Origin: Reclinomonas americana ATCC 50394
Lineage: Eukaryota
Length of the DNA: 43,946 nucleotides
Direction of reading: 5' to 3'
Assembly (NCBI GenBank): GCA_048213135.1
Contig: PS015361.1
Location: forward strand, 1-43,946
A program made the position numbers and the translations under genes. Position 1 is the first letter of the stretch. The number at the start of each line of letters is the position of its first letter. Of this stretch, positions 12,911-25,772 are shown piece by piece. The notes under the pieces are model-generated. The model made no database searches and was not told the origin of the DNA. It saw nothing but the letters and a program-made list of their open reading frames with translations.

Positions 12911-14524
12911 CTATGTAGGTGCTTGTGAGGTGCACCACTGGTAGAGGCGACTGTTGACAGTGTGCAGTCGTTGCACTTCTGCTTCTAGCTCGGCTAATCT
13001 GGCGGCAAGCGCGGCGGCGTCCGACGATGAGGACGATCCGGCGGCTTCGACGGCATCGCCGGCCGGTCGCGCCACGCGATCGTGCAGGAACCGGTGATCG
13101 TCGAAATGGAAGGCTGCGTCGTCGCGCGAGGGCGAATCGTCAATGTCCATGCCACACGGTGGCAGCGTGGTGTCTGCGCAAGATGCGTAAGCATGCAGGG
13201 AAACGAGGGGATTTTCGTCGTGTTTACAGACCGTCGTTCATGACCGCCGGCAACTTGCGCAGCGGCACCACTGGATGTGGTGGCGCGGCCGAGAACTCCT
13301 TCGTGTCGGCCACTGTGACAATGGTGACTCCCATCACCGGCGAGCCACGGTGCTTCTCGAACGAGCGAACCGTTTGACCGCTCATGGTGTCCCACACTCG
13401 GAGGGTGCCGTCGAGCGAGCTCGACACCAGCGTCCCATCGTGTGCCGTGCACAGGCCCGTGACGGAAGACCTGCGTAAATGCTGTGAGTGTGCTGACAAC
13501 AATGGGGAGCTCGTGGGGCGCCGCCGCAACTTGTGACCGACAAGAGTGCGCGAGGCGGCGCTCGACGAGGTGGTGAGGAACGCCGAAGCCGCATTCGGTG
13601 CCACGGGAAACAGCTCGAACGCAAAGATGCGCCCATCGTCGGCTCCCACATAGCAGGTGGAAGCGAGGGTGTCGGTGGTCACCGCACGCAGCGCCGACGG
13701 GAACGCCATGGACCACACCGACTGGCCGGTGAGCAGATCCCACATCTTGCACGTGCGATCCGACGACACCGACAGCAGCAGCGGCGCCATGCCGAGCGCA
13801 GTGGAGCACACAATGTCGGTGACGGCCAGCGTGTGCTCGGCCAGCGTCAGTCGCGGCATCGCCTCGCCCTGCGACAGCACCTCGGCGAGATCCCACACAC
13901 GCACCAGTGAATCCTCCGAGGCCGAGATCAGCAGCGCACCGTCGGCGCTAAAGCACAGCGCACTGACGCTCTTGTAGTGCGCCTCCCAACTGCGACACAT
14001 GTGACCGGTGCGGATCTACAGAGAGCAGTGAGCGCGTGGATCAATGGCACACGTACACACGCATGCATGCAGACCTCCCACACATGCAACGACCCGCCAA
14101 CGCCACCGCCGACCACATACAGCCCGTCGGGCGACATGGCAACACTCGACAGTCGCTCCGGTGTTCCACATCGATACAGCGGCTGATCCTGCACGCCGCG
14201 GGAGTCAGCACAACGCCACGCACAGCACTGACAGACAGCGAAGAGACAAAGAACCTTGGTGGCGGTATACATGCTGACACTCGATCGCCCACTGTGCGCC
14301 GACACAACAACTGGTCCACCGCCATGCGGACTGCACACGAGTGCCACACCATGCGCCGGTGCGCCACTGCCACCAGCGTCGCCCACGCGCCACGCTCGCA
14401 TCACCGATCCCGTCGACAAGTCGTGCGCATACGCCACCACCGAAGCCGACGACGATGACGACGAGGCATCATCGCCACTACCAGTGGCCAGTGATGTCCA
14501 CGAGATCACCACGCTGGTGCTCAT
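12911..14524 (-). CDS. WDR18: WD40 protein WDR18/IPI3 (rixosome subunit), 4 introns
   Basis: PERLSSVAMSPDGLYVVGGGVGGSLHVWE|IRTGHMCRSWEAHYKSVSALCFSADGALLISASEDSLVRVWDL...EHTLAVTDI...SVSSDRTCKMWDL...GHK|SSVTGL...LVSSSLDGTLRVWD, with a C-terminal coiled coil ARLAELEAEVQRLHTVNSRLY typical of WDR18. Confidence 0.85.
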
Positions 14525-15032
14525 GTTTGTGTTGTGTGCGTGTGTGTGAATGTGCCGTGATGTGCAGATGTCGGCAAGCAAGCCCTCGCGTGGTCCACTC
14601 GCGATGCAGACTCACACCAATCGATGGTACGAACAAGGAACAGAGGCGAGATGCCCACACGCGCAAGCCGAGATGAACACGAAGAGACAGCGCACACAGG
14701 GACAATCGTCGGTGGCGAAATGGCGGCCAATTGCGATAACGACTCGCCGACGGTCCCTCTCTCGATTTTTCAGTCACACTCAGCGTGCACGCTCTCTCTC
14801 TCTCTTTCTCTCCGTCTCGCACTGTCTGCGTGCCTGTTTGCTGCACTCTGCGTAGTGTGCACGTGCGTGCGATTGTCGTTGTCGCGACACCAAGAGACCG
14901 TTTTGTTTGCGCGACGAGCAGAAAAAATAAGGTGGGCCCGCTGACCGATCGTGGTCCCACTTTCATGTCCATCACGCTCATTCCTCTCTCTTGTGTCTCT
15001 ACTGTGTCTGTGTGTGTGTGTGCACAGTAAGC

Positions 15033-18000
15033 ATGGGTGATCTGCAGTGGCAACGCATTCCGCATGGTAACGGGCCTCCACCGCGCTTCGGATCGTGCAT
15101 CGTGCCCTTTGCAGGCTACCTCGATCAGTACCTGGTGTTTGGTGGCACCAACCAGAGTGTCTTCTTCAACGACATTTACACGTTTTCCACGAGTTGCGTG
15201 CTTGCGAGTGCGTGCGTGTGTGTCTGTGTGTGTCCGGCAACTCACGCTGCCTCGCCGCAGGCACTGTGGAGTGGTACCGACGAGAGGGATGGGGCACTGT
15301 GCCACCGTCGATGTTTGCCTTCTCGACCTTTGTGCATGGCAATCATCTGTATGTGTTTGGAGGCTACGGTGGCGCCTGCACCAGCGAACTGTACTCGCTG
15401 AGTTTTGGTGCGTCGCGTCACTCTCTCTATCTCTCTCTCGTTCTCTCCTTCTCTCATGCACTCACTCGTGCGTGCGTGTGCGTGCATGTAGACACCTTCG
15501 AGTGGGAGAACGTGATGACGACGGGCGATCGACCGCCTCCTCGATATCTGCACACCACCACACGAGTCGGCGGTCTGGTGGTTCTGTACGGTGGCCAGGT
15601 CAGCGACGGCTCAGTCACCGACGACATGTACGTGCTGAGCCTCGTCTCCATGCGATGGGAGCGAGTGGTGTTTGCGCCGGGCGAGATGAAGCCGGTGGCT
15701 CGGTGTGCGCACTCGATGACGGCGTGGGATGGCTCGTGCGTGCTCTACGGCGGCCGCTCCAAGAGCGAGCCCATGAATGATCTGTGGAGTTTTGACATTG
15801 GTGTGTGTGTGTGCGTATGTGTGTGCTCACTGGTGGAGCTGGCGCTCGCTCACTCTTGCGCTTGTGTGCGTTGCCGCAGAGAAACGCATGTGGACGCAGA
15901 TCATTTCCGACGTCGCCACACCACCTTCGGTGTGCGAGCACTCGTGCGTGATGCTGCCGGATTTCCGCCTGTGTGTGTATGGTGGCAACAACGGGCGCAC
16001 GCGAAGCGATCTGGTCTGCTTGTTCACACCGCGCTTCTCCGACTCGCGGACGCTGGTCACGGGTGTCGACATTCACGTTTTTGAGCCGCCGATCTTGAAC
16101 CGGGAGACGGTTCGATTTCTCCCATCCCCCTCCCCCCTCCGACCTCCGGCTCTCCTCCCTCACCACTCACTTCTCTGCAGTGCGGCTGGCCCACACGGCG
16201 GTCATTGCATGCGGCTGTTTCCGTGGCCAACAATGCACTCGGTCTGCGCACGGAGCGCGGTCTGCAGACTCACATGTTGATGTGGGGCGGTTTCGATGGT
16301 CGCCATGTTTTCGGCGATATGTACACTCTTTACGTGCCGCCCCGCGCCAACAATGCCATGTCGCTCACTGGCCTCAAGGCGCCCGTCGATGCGCCAGGTA
16401 TGTACACGAGTGGCACGAGGGTGTCTGTCTGTCGTTGGGAGTTGTGAAGCCTCACGCAATCACACTGTTGTGCTGGACAGACGAGATGTTGATTCTGGCC
16501 TTGCGTGACGGCTCCACTATTGAGGTGTCGCGGCCGCTGCTTGAGGCACACTCGACGTACTTCCGCACGCTGACCACCGCCTCGCGCACCGTCATCATGT
16601 CGTCGGTGCCGAATGAGGCCGTGGAGCAAATGGTGGCATTTTTGCAGGGTGGTACGCTCACGGTGAGTGGCGTACAGACGCTGTGGTTTCGTCGACACAT
16701 TCCTTTCTTGCTATTCAACTCACTCACTGTGGCGGTCTGCAGATCAAGACGTTCCGAGAGGGTGCTCAGCTGGTCGAATTGGCCGTGCGCTTCCGCCTTC
16801 CAGCGCTTCTGGAACAGATCAAGCGCATTTTCAAGCAGCGCCAGCAGCCACAAGACCCGCCGTCACGTCGACGTGGTTTGTTTGCATCATTCCTGTTTTC
16901 GTGCTCCTGTTTGTTTTGCTGACCACTGGTGGCGAGCAGTTATTGGCGACGTGCCACTGCAGCCCGACGGCTACGAATACCTGATCAACATCAGTACTGT
17001 GACGGACTTGCTGGAGATGTGCGACGAGTTCAAGGCCGAGTTGCCGGATCTGCGTGACACCGTGGTGCACTTTATGGTGCGCAACTACCCAGAGGTGTCG
17101 GTCACCTCGCATTTCAAGATGCTACCGCGCCCACTCCGCGAAGAGGTCTGTCGGTGTTGTCTTTTGTTTGCGTCTCCTTTTGCTCACCTGCGCTCGGCAT
17201 GATAACAGATTCGCAATCGGTATCAAGCCCTGCTGTACTCGTCACCACTGGAGGAGCTTGACGATCCGACGCGGGCACTCGTGCTTGGCGTACACGACGC
17301 CACGCTTGCGGCGGTGTACGGCCGGCAGTCCACTCCGCAGGCGCAAGACCGCGAGTACGAAGAGTCGCCTGGCGAAATGTCGGCCGCATTCAGCATGCAA
17401 GGCCTGAGCCGCAGTGACTTCGACGACACTCCACAACCGCATTCGTCAATCACAGCCAGGGCTCCGATTCTGCGCGACTCGCCGCCGCCGGTCAAGCGCT
17501 CCATCTTTGATGGCCTCCCGTCGGGCACGTCACACCTTAAGTCCGCCACGCTCTTCCCCTCCACCGCCACCGCCACGCTGAGCAGCTTGCCGGCCGCCGT
17601 GCCCGTGGCTCAGCAGCTCATGCAACAACAGCAGGGGTCGTTGTCTCAGGCGCCACCATCGATGCCGTCGGTGCGGTCGGCGTCTGTACCTCGCTCACAG
17701 TCCTCGCCGGCACCGGCCATGCCGCCGCAGTCAATTTTCGATCGCGCAACGCCAGCGTCAGGAGTGTGGTCGTCGTCGACCAGCAGCACGGCAGCGACGC
17801 CACACAGTATGTTGCCGTCGGCATCGTCAACGCCGGTGCCGCCGTTTGAGTCGCGACGCACGGAGCAGTCGATTGCGGAGCGTCTGGAGGCAGAGAATGC
17901 GCTACTGCAGCAGCGCTCGATGGAGCAGCAGATGCGGCAGCAGCAGTACGCTGAGCCACGTATGGACGGACGCACACTGACACCGTTGGAGAGGCTAGAG

Positions 18001-21000
18001 CAGGATTACCGAGCGCGCCAGGGTGGAGTGCCACCACAGCAGCAGCAACAACAACAACAACAGCCACCACCACTGGTCCAGTCGGCCGCCGACTTGGCCC
18101 TGGCACACACCGCAAACCCGGGCTCGTCGGCAGTTGACCAATTTGAGCGAGACTTCCGTGAGCGACAGATGCAACAGACGGCGGCCATGCGATCGTTGCA
18201 GGACCAAACACTGCTGGGACCGCAGGCGCGGCGTACGGTGTCGCTCGAGGAGGAGTTTGAGGAGCGGCAACGCGAACTGCAGAGGCAGTCGGCCGCAGCC
18301 GGTCGACCAGCGGCCCCACTTGAGCAGCTGGAGGCGGAGTTGGCGATGAAACGCAAGCGCGACGAGCCCCACCACGGTTACATTCCGCCGGTGCAACCGC
18401 CCTACGAGCAGATGACGCAGCTGCCGCGACCGGCGTTGCCGCTGGAGACGGAGCACGAGTTGCAGAGGACGCGAGCGCAGCAGCAGCAGCAAATGTCGGG
18501 TGCGCGATCGTCGCCAGAGCCACGGCACCAAGCCGATCCATCCTCCGCCTTGGCCGTTCTGGAGCAACGCTATGTGATGCAGCAGGCGGAGCAGCAAGCG
18601 GAGCGGAATCGCCAGTTTGACGCACAGTACCAGCCGGCGACACAGGCAATGCCACCACTGGGCCAGCTGGGACAGATGTCTGAGGGACCATCTAGGTCTG
18701 CTGGATCACCGCTGGAGCGACTGGAGCAGGAGTACTTGCAGCGACACCCGCCACAGTCGATCTTTGACCGACCTGGTGTGCCTGGAGCGCCGCCACCGGC
18801 CAGCGCCGCCACTTCGTCTGCGTTGGAACAGCTGGAGCGCGAGCGCAAGGATCGTCTGGATAAGATTGCTGCCGAAGCCGCGCAGCGGCAGAAGCAGCAC
18901 GTTGCCGCGCAGCAGCCGTCGTCGTTTGACGGCAGCACGCCGGCACTGCAGCGGTTAGAGTCCGAGTATCGTCAGCGTCAAGTGGGGGAGCAAGCGGCGC
19001 AACAACAGCAACAGCAAGCGCCAGGCGCAGGCCCTCGTCGTGCCAGTGCCGCCGAGGAGGAACTGCGACAGCAGGTATCGCAACTGCAGTACGATATGGC
19101 GCAATTGCGCAATCAGCAGCAGACACGTGCTGCCTCCAGCGCGGCCCTGGGCGCTGCAATGGGAGCAGCCATGGCCAGCGGCTCTGTGCTTCCCGATGAC
19201 AGCATTCCGCACAGCCGCAACTTCCCGACTCCACTGCTGCCACAAGGCCAGTACGCCAATTCTCCCATTGCACTCCCGCGCTCTGCCAGCGGCTCGGAGA
19301 GGTCACTGAGTGGTGAGTGGTGGAAGCCTGCATTTCCTTATTTTGTTTCATCTCCTCACCATGCCCAACAAAATATAGGTCGTGTCAAGCGTGAGGGCTC
19401 TGTGGCTCCGCGAATGCAGTCAGATGAGTGGACCTACGGAGGCATGCCACCGAGAGGTGACGAGCCGCCGTACAGCGGCGCCCGGGCGCCGTCGGATGTG
19501 GCCTCCGAGTCGTCCGAGTACGCTGAACCGCTGCAGTACATGTACGCGGAGAGTGGTGTGGGCGCGTCGGGTGGTCCACCGGGATCCACACCGCTGCCGC
19601 AGATTGCGCCGCCAGCGCGCATCATTCCCATGCCCGCGTCGTCTGCTAGCGAGGCATTCCTCACGACCGAGGATGCTCTCGGGCCGCGATCTTATCTGCC
19701 CGGCGATGAGCTCCGACAGCGTTCGCCCGTGTCGGTGGGACCACCGCCTGCCACCCAACTGATGCCTGTGCCCACTGTGCCGTTGCGTCGCTAAGCAGCG
19801 AAAATATCGAAGATTTCGACTGACTTTGTTTGGATGACGACCAGTGCCTACGAGCCACCCATGGAGGTGCAGGACACGCATCGGCGTCCACTGCTGCGCA
19901 GTGGATCTCCGTCTCTGGCCTCCCATCGCTCCATGAGTGCCATGGTACGCGCGTATGTGAATGTTTGGTGTCAATCGTCTTCTTTGATCGCTTACCGTTG
20001 TTGGTTTGTGCAGCCCACCAGTGGCACCGATCTCGACGATCTGGTGGATCTACCGCCGGGCGGCTCGTTCGGTCGTCGTGTGGAGGATCTGTTGAGGAGA
20101 CATCCACTTGACGAAGACCCGCTGTCCGATGTTTCCGGTATTGCGCCAACATACCCACAAAAGTGCGTTCAGTAGGCCTGCATCAGTGCGTTGCGGCGAG
20201 GCGTAACTGACCATGCGTGTGTCGTGCAGAGTGGATCCCCGACAGAAACACGAGGCCATGGCGGCCGACATTGATATTGTGCGCTCCGAATTGTACGCCG
20301 CCATCAAGCAACTGCACGATGTGAGTGATGTGTGGTGGTGCCAGGACTTTAGGGATGCACGATACTCATCTTCGGATTATTTGCTGTGCAGTCGGAGGAG
20401 GCTGATCAGTTGGCAGAGACGGCAGCGGCACTCAACATGACGATGCGCCAGAAGCACTTGTTGAAGCCGCAGTTGCCGGCCACGCCGCCACCACGGTTAG
20501 CCAAACCACCGCGACCCGTCAACGCAGCACCCGCACGTCGTTCCTCTGCAGCAACTGTCACACCAGAAAAGTACGTGTGCCATGTGAACCTTGTGTGCAC
20601 AGCGAGAGAGAGAAAGAGAGTAACCAACGAACGACACGCTGACAGGGAGTCGGACGTTCCAATTTTGCACTCGTCGATGGAGGAAGGTCGCCGGCTGGCG
20701 CTGAAGCGTGAACGAGTCACATTCATGCGCACCATCAACGAGGAGAAGGTGTGTATGAGTGCGCGCAGCAATGTATGTCGTGTTAGTTGTCGCTCACTGC
20801 ATGGCACAGGCGGCATGGGTGGACGAAAATCACATTTTGCGCACGCTCGTGAGCCTCCATCGAGCACACGGACCGGAGTCGTTTGAGTTTTTGGGGTGCG
20901 TCGCTCAATTCCCAATCTGTTGTAATCGCTCTCCGAACCATGCTCACGAGGACGGTGGACTACAGCTTCTTNNNNNNNNNNNNNNNNNNNNNNNNNNNNN

Positions 21001-22911
21001 NNNNNNNNNNNNNNNNNNNNGAAGGAGAACCCGAAGGCGGCACTCATCTATGCCGACCAAATGGAGGACAAGAAGAAGCGCTGTGCGGAGCTGGAGACCG
21101 AGTTGACGTTGCTGGCGAAGCAACTGGCCAACTTGAAGACGCAGCGTGAGCATTTCTTGGGGCTGGTGGAGGTACGCGTGGTTGTCAGTCTTCCTCCCCC
21201 TCCCACCGTCGCTGTCCATCTCATTTGTGATGCGCAGACGGACGTCAACAAGGACCACATGGCACTGGCACAAACCGAAGCCGTGCACATTCAGGAGAAG
21301 CAGAAGCTGATGGACGAGCTGCAGGCTGAGATGCAAAGATTGGACACGTGGCGGCGACTGGACGGCGAGTTGTTCCAGTGGCTCGACTCGCAAAAGCTGA
21401 AACTGCGACGAGTTGCGTGCANNNNNNNNNNNNNNNNNNNNNNNNNNNNNNNNNNNNNNNNNNNNNNNNNNNNNNNNNNNNNNNNNNNNNNNNNNNNNNN
21501 NNNNNNNNNNNNNNNNNNNNNNNNNNNNNNNNNNNNNNNNNNNNNNNNNNNNNNNNNNNNNNNNNNNNNNNNNNNNNNNNNNNNNNNNNNNNNNNNNNNN
21601 NNNNNNNNNNNNNNNNNNNNNNNNNNNNNNNNNNNNNNNNNNNNNNNNNNNNNNNNNNNNNNNNNNNNNNNNNNNNNNNNNNNNNNNNNNNNNNNNNNNN
21701 NNNNNNNNNNNNNNNNNNNNNNNNNNNNNNNNNNNNNNNNNNNNNNNNNNNNNNNNNNNNNNNNNNNNNNNNNNNNNNNNNNNNNNNNNNNNNNNNNNNN
21801 NNNNNNNNNNNNNNNNNNNNNNNNNNNNNNNNNNNNNNNNNNNNNNNNNNNNNNNNNNNNNNNNNNNNNNNNNNNNNNNNNNNNNNNNNNNNNNNNNNNN
21901 NNNNNNNNNNNNNNNNNNNNNNNNNNNNNNNNNNNNNNNNNNNNNNNNNNNNNNNNNNNNNNNNNNNNNNNNNNNNNNNNNNNNNNNNNNNNNNNNNNNN
22001 NNNNNNNNNNNNNNNNNNNNNNNNNNNNNNNNNNNNNNNNNNNNNNNNNNNNNNNNNNNNNNNNNNNNNNNNNNNNNNNNNNNNNNNNNNNNNNNNNNNN
22101 CTATGTGATTGGTGCCGTACGTTGTCAGTCAACTCACATTACGCGCAGTCATTCGAGGACGATCGCGTGGCGTGGGAGCAAGACCGTCGGCGGCTGCAAT
22201 TCGAGATCGACGAGGAGCAGAAGCGTGCACGAGATCGGTACAAGGACTCGTTGCTGGAGCTGCAGTACTTTTTGCAGACGCTGGAGGCTGAGAAGTCACA
22301 GTTGTCGGCCAAGGTGCGTTTCTCTTTTCTGTTTGTGCACCATGTACAAGCGCAACTGTTGAACGTTTACTGACGTCGCTGCAGGTCATTGAGCTGGGAC
22401 AGCTGCTACACCGCGAACGCGAACGCGAGCGAAATATTGCCGAGTTTGCCAATGCCTGCAAGACCGTCAACCAGCAGTTCCGCTCTGGCGAGCTGGTCAA
22501 GTACATGCAGGACGGCAACACGCTGGCGAGTCTGCGGTTGCACTTTGAGGTGGAGCGCTCGCAGGCCATTGATAAGGTCGGTGGATTTCGTTGTTGGGGG
22601 ACGGATTGGGATGCACATTGCAACTCACAAACATTGTCTTGCAGAGCCGCGAGTTGCGCGACGTCAATGGTCGCCTGGAGGCCGAAGTAAACCACGTGGT
22701 CCGCCAGTGTGCCGACATGGAGCGCACGATTTACGAGGTCAACGAGATGCAGCACTCGGTGGACCCGTTTGCCGCGGTTGAGGCACCCGGCAGCGACTTG
22801 CGAGCACGTCCGTCTGCAAGAGAAAATGGCGCCGCCTACGATTACAACGCGCAGGGAGGCGACGAGGGTTACGAAGAGGATGGAGACGAGGGAGAGGAGG
22901 TGTACGAATAA
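15033..22911 (+). CDS. Large Kelch-repeat + BTB/POZ protein with long Pro/Gln-rich repeat region and C-terminal coiled coil; crosses two gaps
   Basis: Kelch repeats (PPPRFGS...LVFGG, LYVFGGYGG, PPPRYLHT...LYGG, ARCAHSM...LYGG, CEHSC...VYGG, LMWGGFDG) are followed by BTB-like LLEAHSTYFRTL and BACK-like LPDLRDTVVHFMVRNYPEV...FKMLPRPLREE. Splice phases link exons through 17209-19312 to the coiled-coil exons, ending TAA at 22909-22911. Continuity across the N gaps is assumed. Confidence 0.7.
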
Positions 22912-22959
22912 TGTAACGTGTGTGGGACGACAAAGAGGACTGTCTCTTCGTTTTGCTCG

Positions 22960-23139
22960 ATGGAGCGCAGGCTGCTGCGGCACGTGGCCTTTTATCGCAA
23001 GCCACTCTCGTTCTCACTGCTCGCGGCTGTGAATGTGATTGGTGTCGTTGGGGGTGTGGCAATGTACTCGGTGCAAGAGCAACTGCGAAAGGCACGTGCG
23101 ATGCATGCGGATGATCATTCATCATTCATGCGCGATCTC

Positions 23140-23183
<44 letters not shown>

Positions 23184-23321
23184 TGCGTGTGTGTGTATGC
23201 GGAGTAGGAGGAGTACTGGCAAGAGAACCCCGGTCGCCCGGTGCCTTGGGTCAAACCCGCATTGTACATGGCCAAGTGGGAGGCCGAGGCTGCAGGGGAA
23301 GCACAGCAGCCCCCAAGATGA
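22960..23321 (+). CDS. Small single-TM protein of unknown function, 2 exons
   Basis: MERRLLRHVAFYRKPLSFSLLAAVNVIGVVGGVAMYSVQEQLRK...|EEYWQENPGRPVPWVKPALYMAKWEAEAAGEAQQPPR*. Acceptor at 23207; the donor is either GC at 23092 or GT at 23143. Confidence 0.55.
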
Positions 23322-23416
23322 CACTGACTAGAGAGACACAGAATGTAGTTATAGGCAACAACACGCGACACAGCGATTTACAGAGAGAAACGATGATGAG
23401 AGGAAAGAAAGGGGAA

Positions 23417-24360
23417 CTATAATGCCGCGGTGGTGGGCGGTGGAGTTGCGTGCGCTGTTGGCGATGGCGTTTCCCTGTGTGGATACTCGGCCTCGCCAGA
23501 GGGCTCGTACTGCTGCGCGTAGCTCCCCTCTGGCGCCGCGGCTGTCATTGGTGGACCTCGACTGGCCACTTGTCGCGCAGTCGCCAGGTCCTCCAAGTCG
23601 GTCGCCAGCTCACGCATCTGCAGCTCTCGTGCGTACTCCAGTTCCCGCATCCGTTCCTCCTCCTCCAGTGCCGCCTGTGACGACACGTCCGTGGTCAGCA
23701 CGGGAGAACGCACACACTCTGTTTTGTCAATCAGACTCTTCGCCACACGCAACTCGCTCATCGTCGAGCTTCTTCATGTCGATAAAGTACTGGTACTTGG
23801 AGGAGGTGATGCCGAGAAAGTCGGCGATCTTCAGACCGACCTTGTCGAGCACTGCGCAGTGCATCAGGGCTCCCACGCTCAACTGCCCCTCCCACAAATA
23901 CGTCCTCGCACACACACACAAACGCACCTTGTACAGCGCGCTTGCCAAACGCCTTGAACTTCTGCTTCCAGTTCCGCTTGCCTTCTCCGCCCTCCGCGGC
24001 GACACCGTCCACATCATCGCCCGCTGGCGTGGACGACGACGATGAGGGCGTCGACGATGACGACGAACCAGCCGGCGACTCAGCGGCCACCATCGACGCC
24101 GGCGATCCAGCCATGCTCACATGCACTTCGGTCGCCACTGCTGGAGGTGGCGGTGGTGGCAACGGTGGAGAGGACGGCGGCGCGTCGCGATCGAGCTCCG
24201 CTGACACGGGCGACGATATGCACGACGTTGGTGCTGAATCGGTCAGCGCAACGCCCACAGACTGCACCGACGCAGTGCCAGGCTCCTCCTCTTCTTGCTC
24301 CTCTTCCTCCTCCTTCTCGTGGTCGAGAGCGGCGGGCACAGCTGCTTCTTCTTCGCTCAT
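23417..24360 (-). CDS. FAM177-like protein, 2 introns
   Basis: WKQKFKAFGKRAVQ|VLDKVGLKIADFLGITSSKYQYFIDMKK resembles the FAM177 core (DFLGEKIASVLGISTPKYQYAID), followed by an acidic helix. Confidence 0.65.
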
Positions 24361-24413
24361 GAAAGCAACAATAGTTCACGGGACCAACCAACGGCTACCT
24401 TCCGCGTTTTCAC

Positions 24414-25537
24414 ATGAGCCGACGCAGCTCTGCCGCCTCATCGGCCTCCTCGCCTGCTTCGGCGGCCTCTGTGCCACCGCACATGCCTCCGCTGCTGAGT
24501 GCGCGCAGTGCGGCGAGTGTCGCTGGCAGCAGCGGCAGCCACAGCAGCCGACGATCGCCGGCAGTCGCAGTGAGCGCGCCTCGCAAGCCCTCGTCAGCGG
24601 TCACCGCCACCACCAAGCCACAGAGTGCGAAGAAACCTCCTGCTGCTGTGCATGAGGCGCCACCGATGAACAAGCCGCGGGCGGATCTGAGAGCGCTGTT
24701 TGAGCCGCTGCGACACAAGCCGAATAGTGAGCGAGTGTGTGTGCGCATGCACAGTGTGCTGCGTAGTAGACTCACTATGTGTGTGTGTGTGTGTGTGTGT
24801 AGGTTCGGCGGAGGCCAGCTTGTGTCTGCACTGGGAGGAGGTGCGTGATGCGATGCGCGGATGTCAGCTGGTGTTGCGTGAGCTGTATCGCTCCAAGTCG
24901 CTGCTCGGCGAAGGCACTCTGGCGGCCGTCGATCGCGTGCACAAGTTTGAGCGGTCGTCGTTGTCGCCGTCTGCCGCGGCGGCGGCGGCCACTGCAGTGG
25001 CGTCGCCGCTGGAGCTGGACGGTGTGCCGTGTGTGCCGATTGTGTTGAGCACCGAGGGCACCGCGGTGGAGAAGTGAGTCGATTGAGGTTTCTTTGCGAT
25101 CAGTGTGTGCGTGTGTGTTGCCAGTGGTGTCATCGTGTTGCTGCGTCGCAGGATCCTGGCACAGGTGGAGATCGAGAGTCCGCTCACCGGCGCGTCCATG
25201 TCGAAGCACACAGCCGCGTTGGTGCGACGCATCGAGGAGAAGTATGCAGGGTGAGCAAGTGTGACGCAGCGTGCGTGCGTGTGTGTGTTTTCTGGCGAGC
25301 CACTCAGTGCACGGCGAAGCAGGCTGGAGGCCGAGTTGGAGGCCTCCAAGACCGTCATTCGCAAGCTGACGACGCGAGTCAACGAGCTGATGGTCACCAA
25401 TGAGTTTCTGCGGACACACTCGGCGCCACCGTCGCCACCGGAGCGGAGTGCCGACGAGTTTATCCAGGAGGAGATGCAGCGGACGACGGGGGCGATGGAT
25501 GAGCACACTCGCGCCCGNNNNNNNNNNNNNNNNNNNN

Positions 25538-25568
<31 letters not shown>

Positions 25569-25740
25569 CATACCTCCTTGGTTCGCTCCGCCAGCATCGA
25601 TCCCAGTTCGCTCTTCTCCGCCTCCTGCACCACTGTCGGAAGTGCACGTAGCTCGTCGCAGTCACGCTCCAGTCCGGCGATTCGACTCCTCAACTCCTCA
25701 TTGTCTGTCGGAAGATGCGTGAGGAGAGAGAGAGAGGAGG

Positions 25741-25772
<32 letters not shown>

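Noticed and set aside
17618-19351. Long antisense ORFs opposite low-complexity exons (also 35482-36673 and 41370-42289)
   Set aside because: Expected shadows of GC-rich, CAG-rich coding sequence, with no independent motifs.
21061-22373. Long ORFs running through N gaps (also 4616-6867 and 42953-43844)
   Set aside because: They are artefacts of translating N runs.
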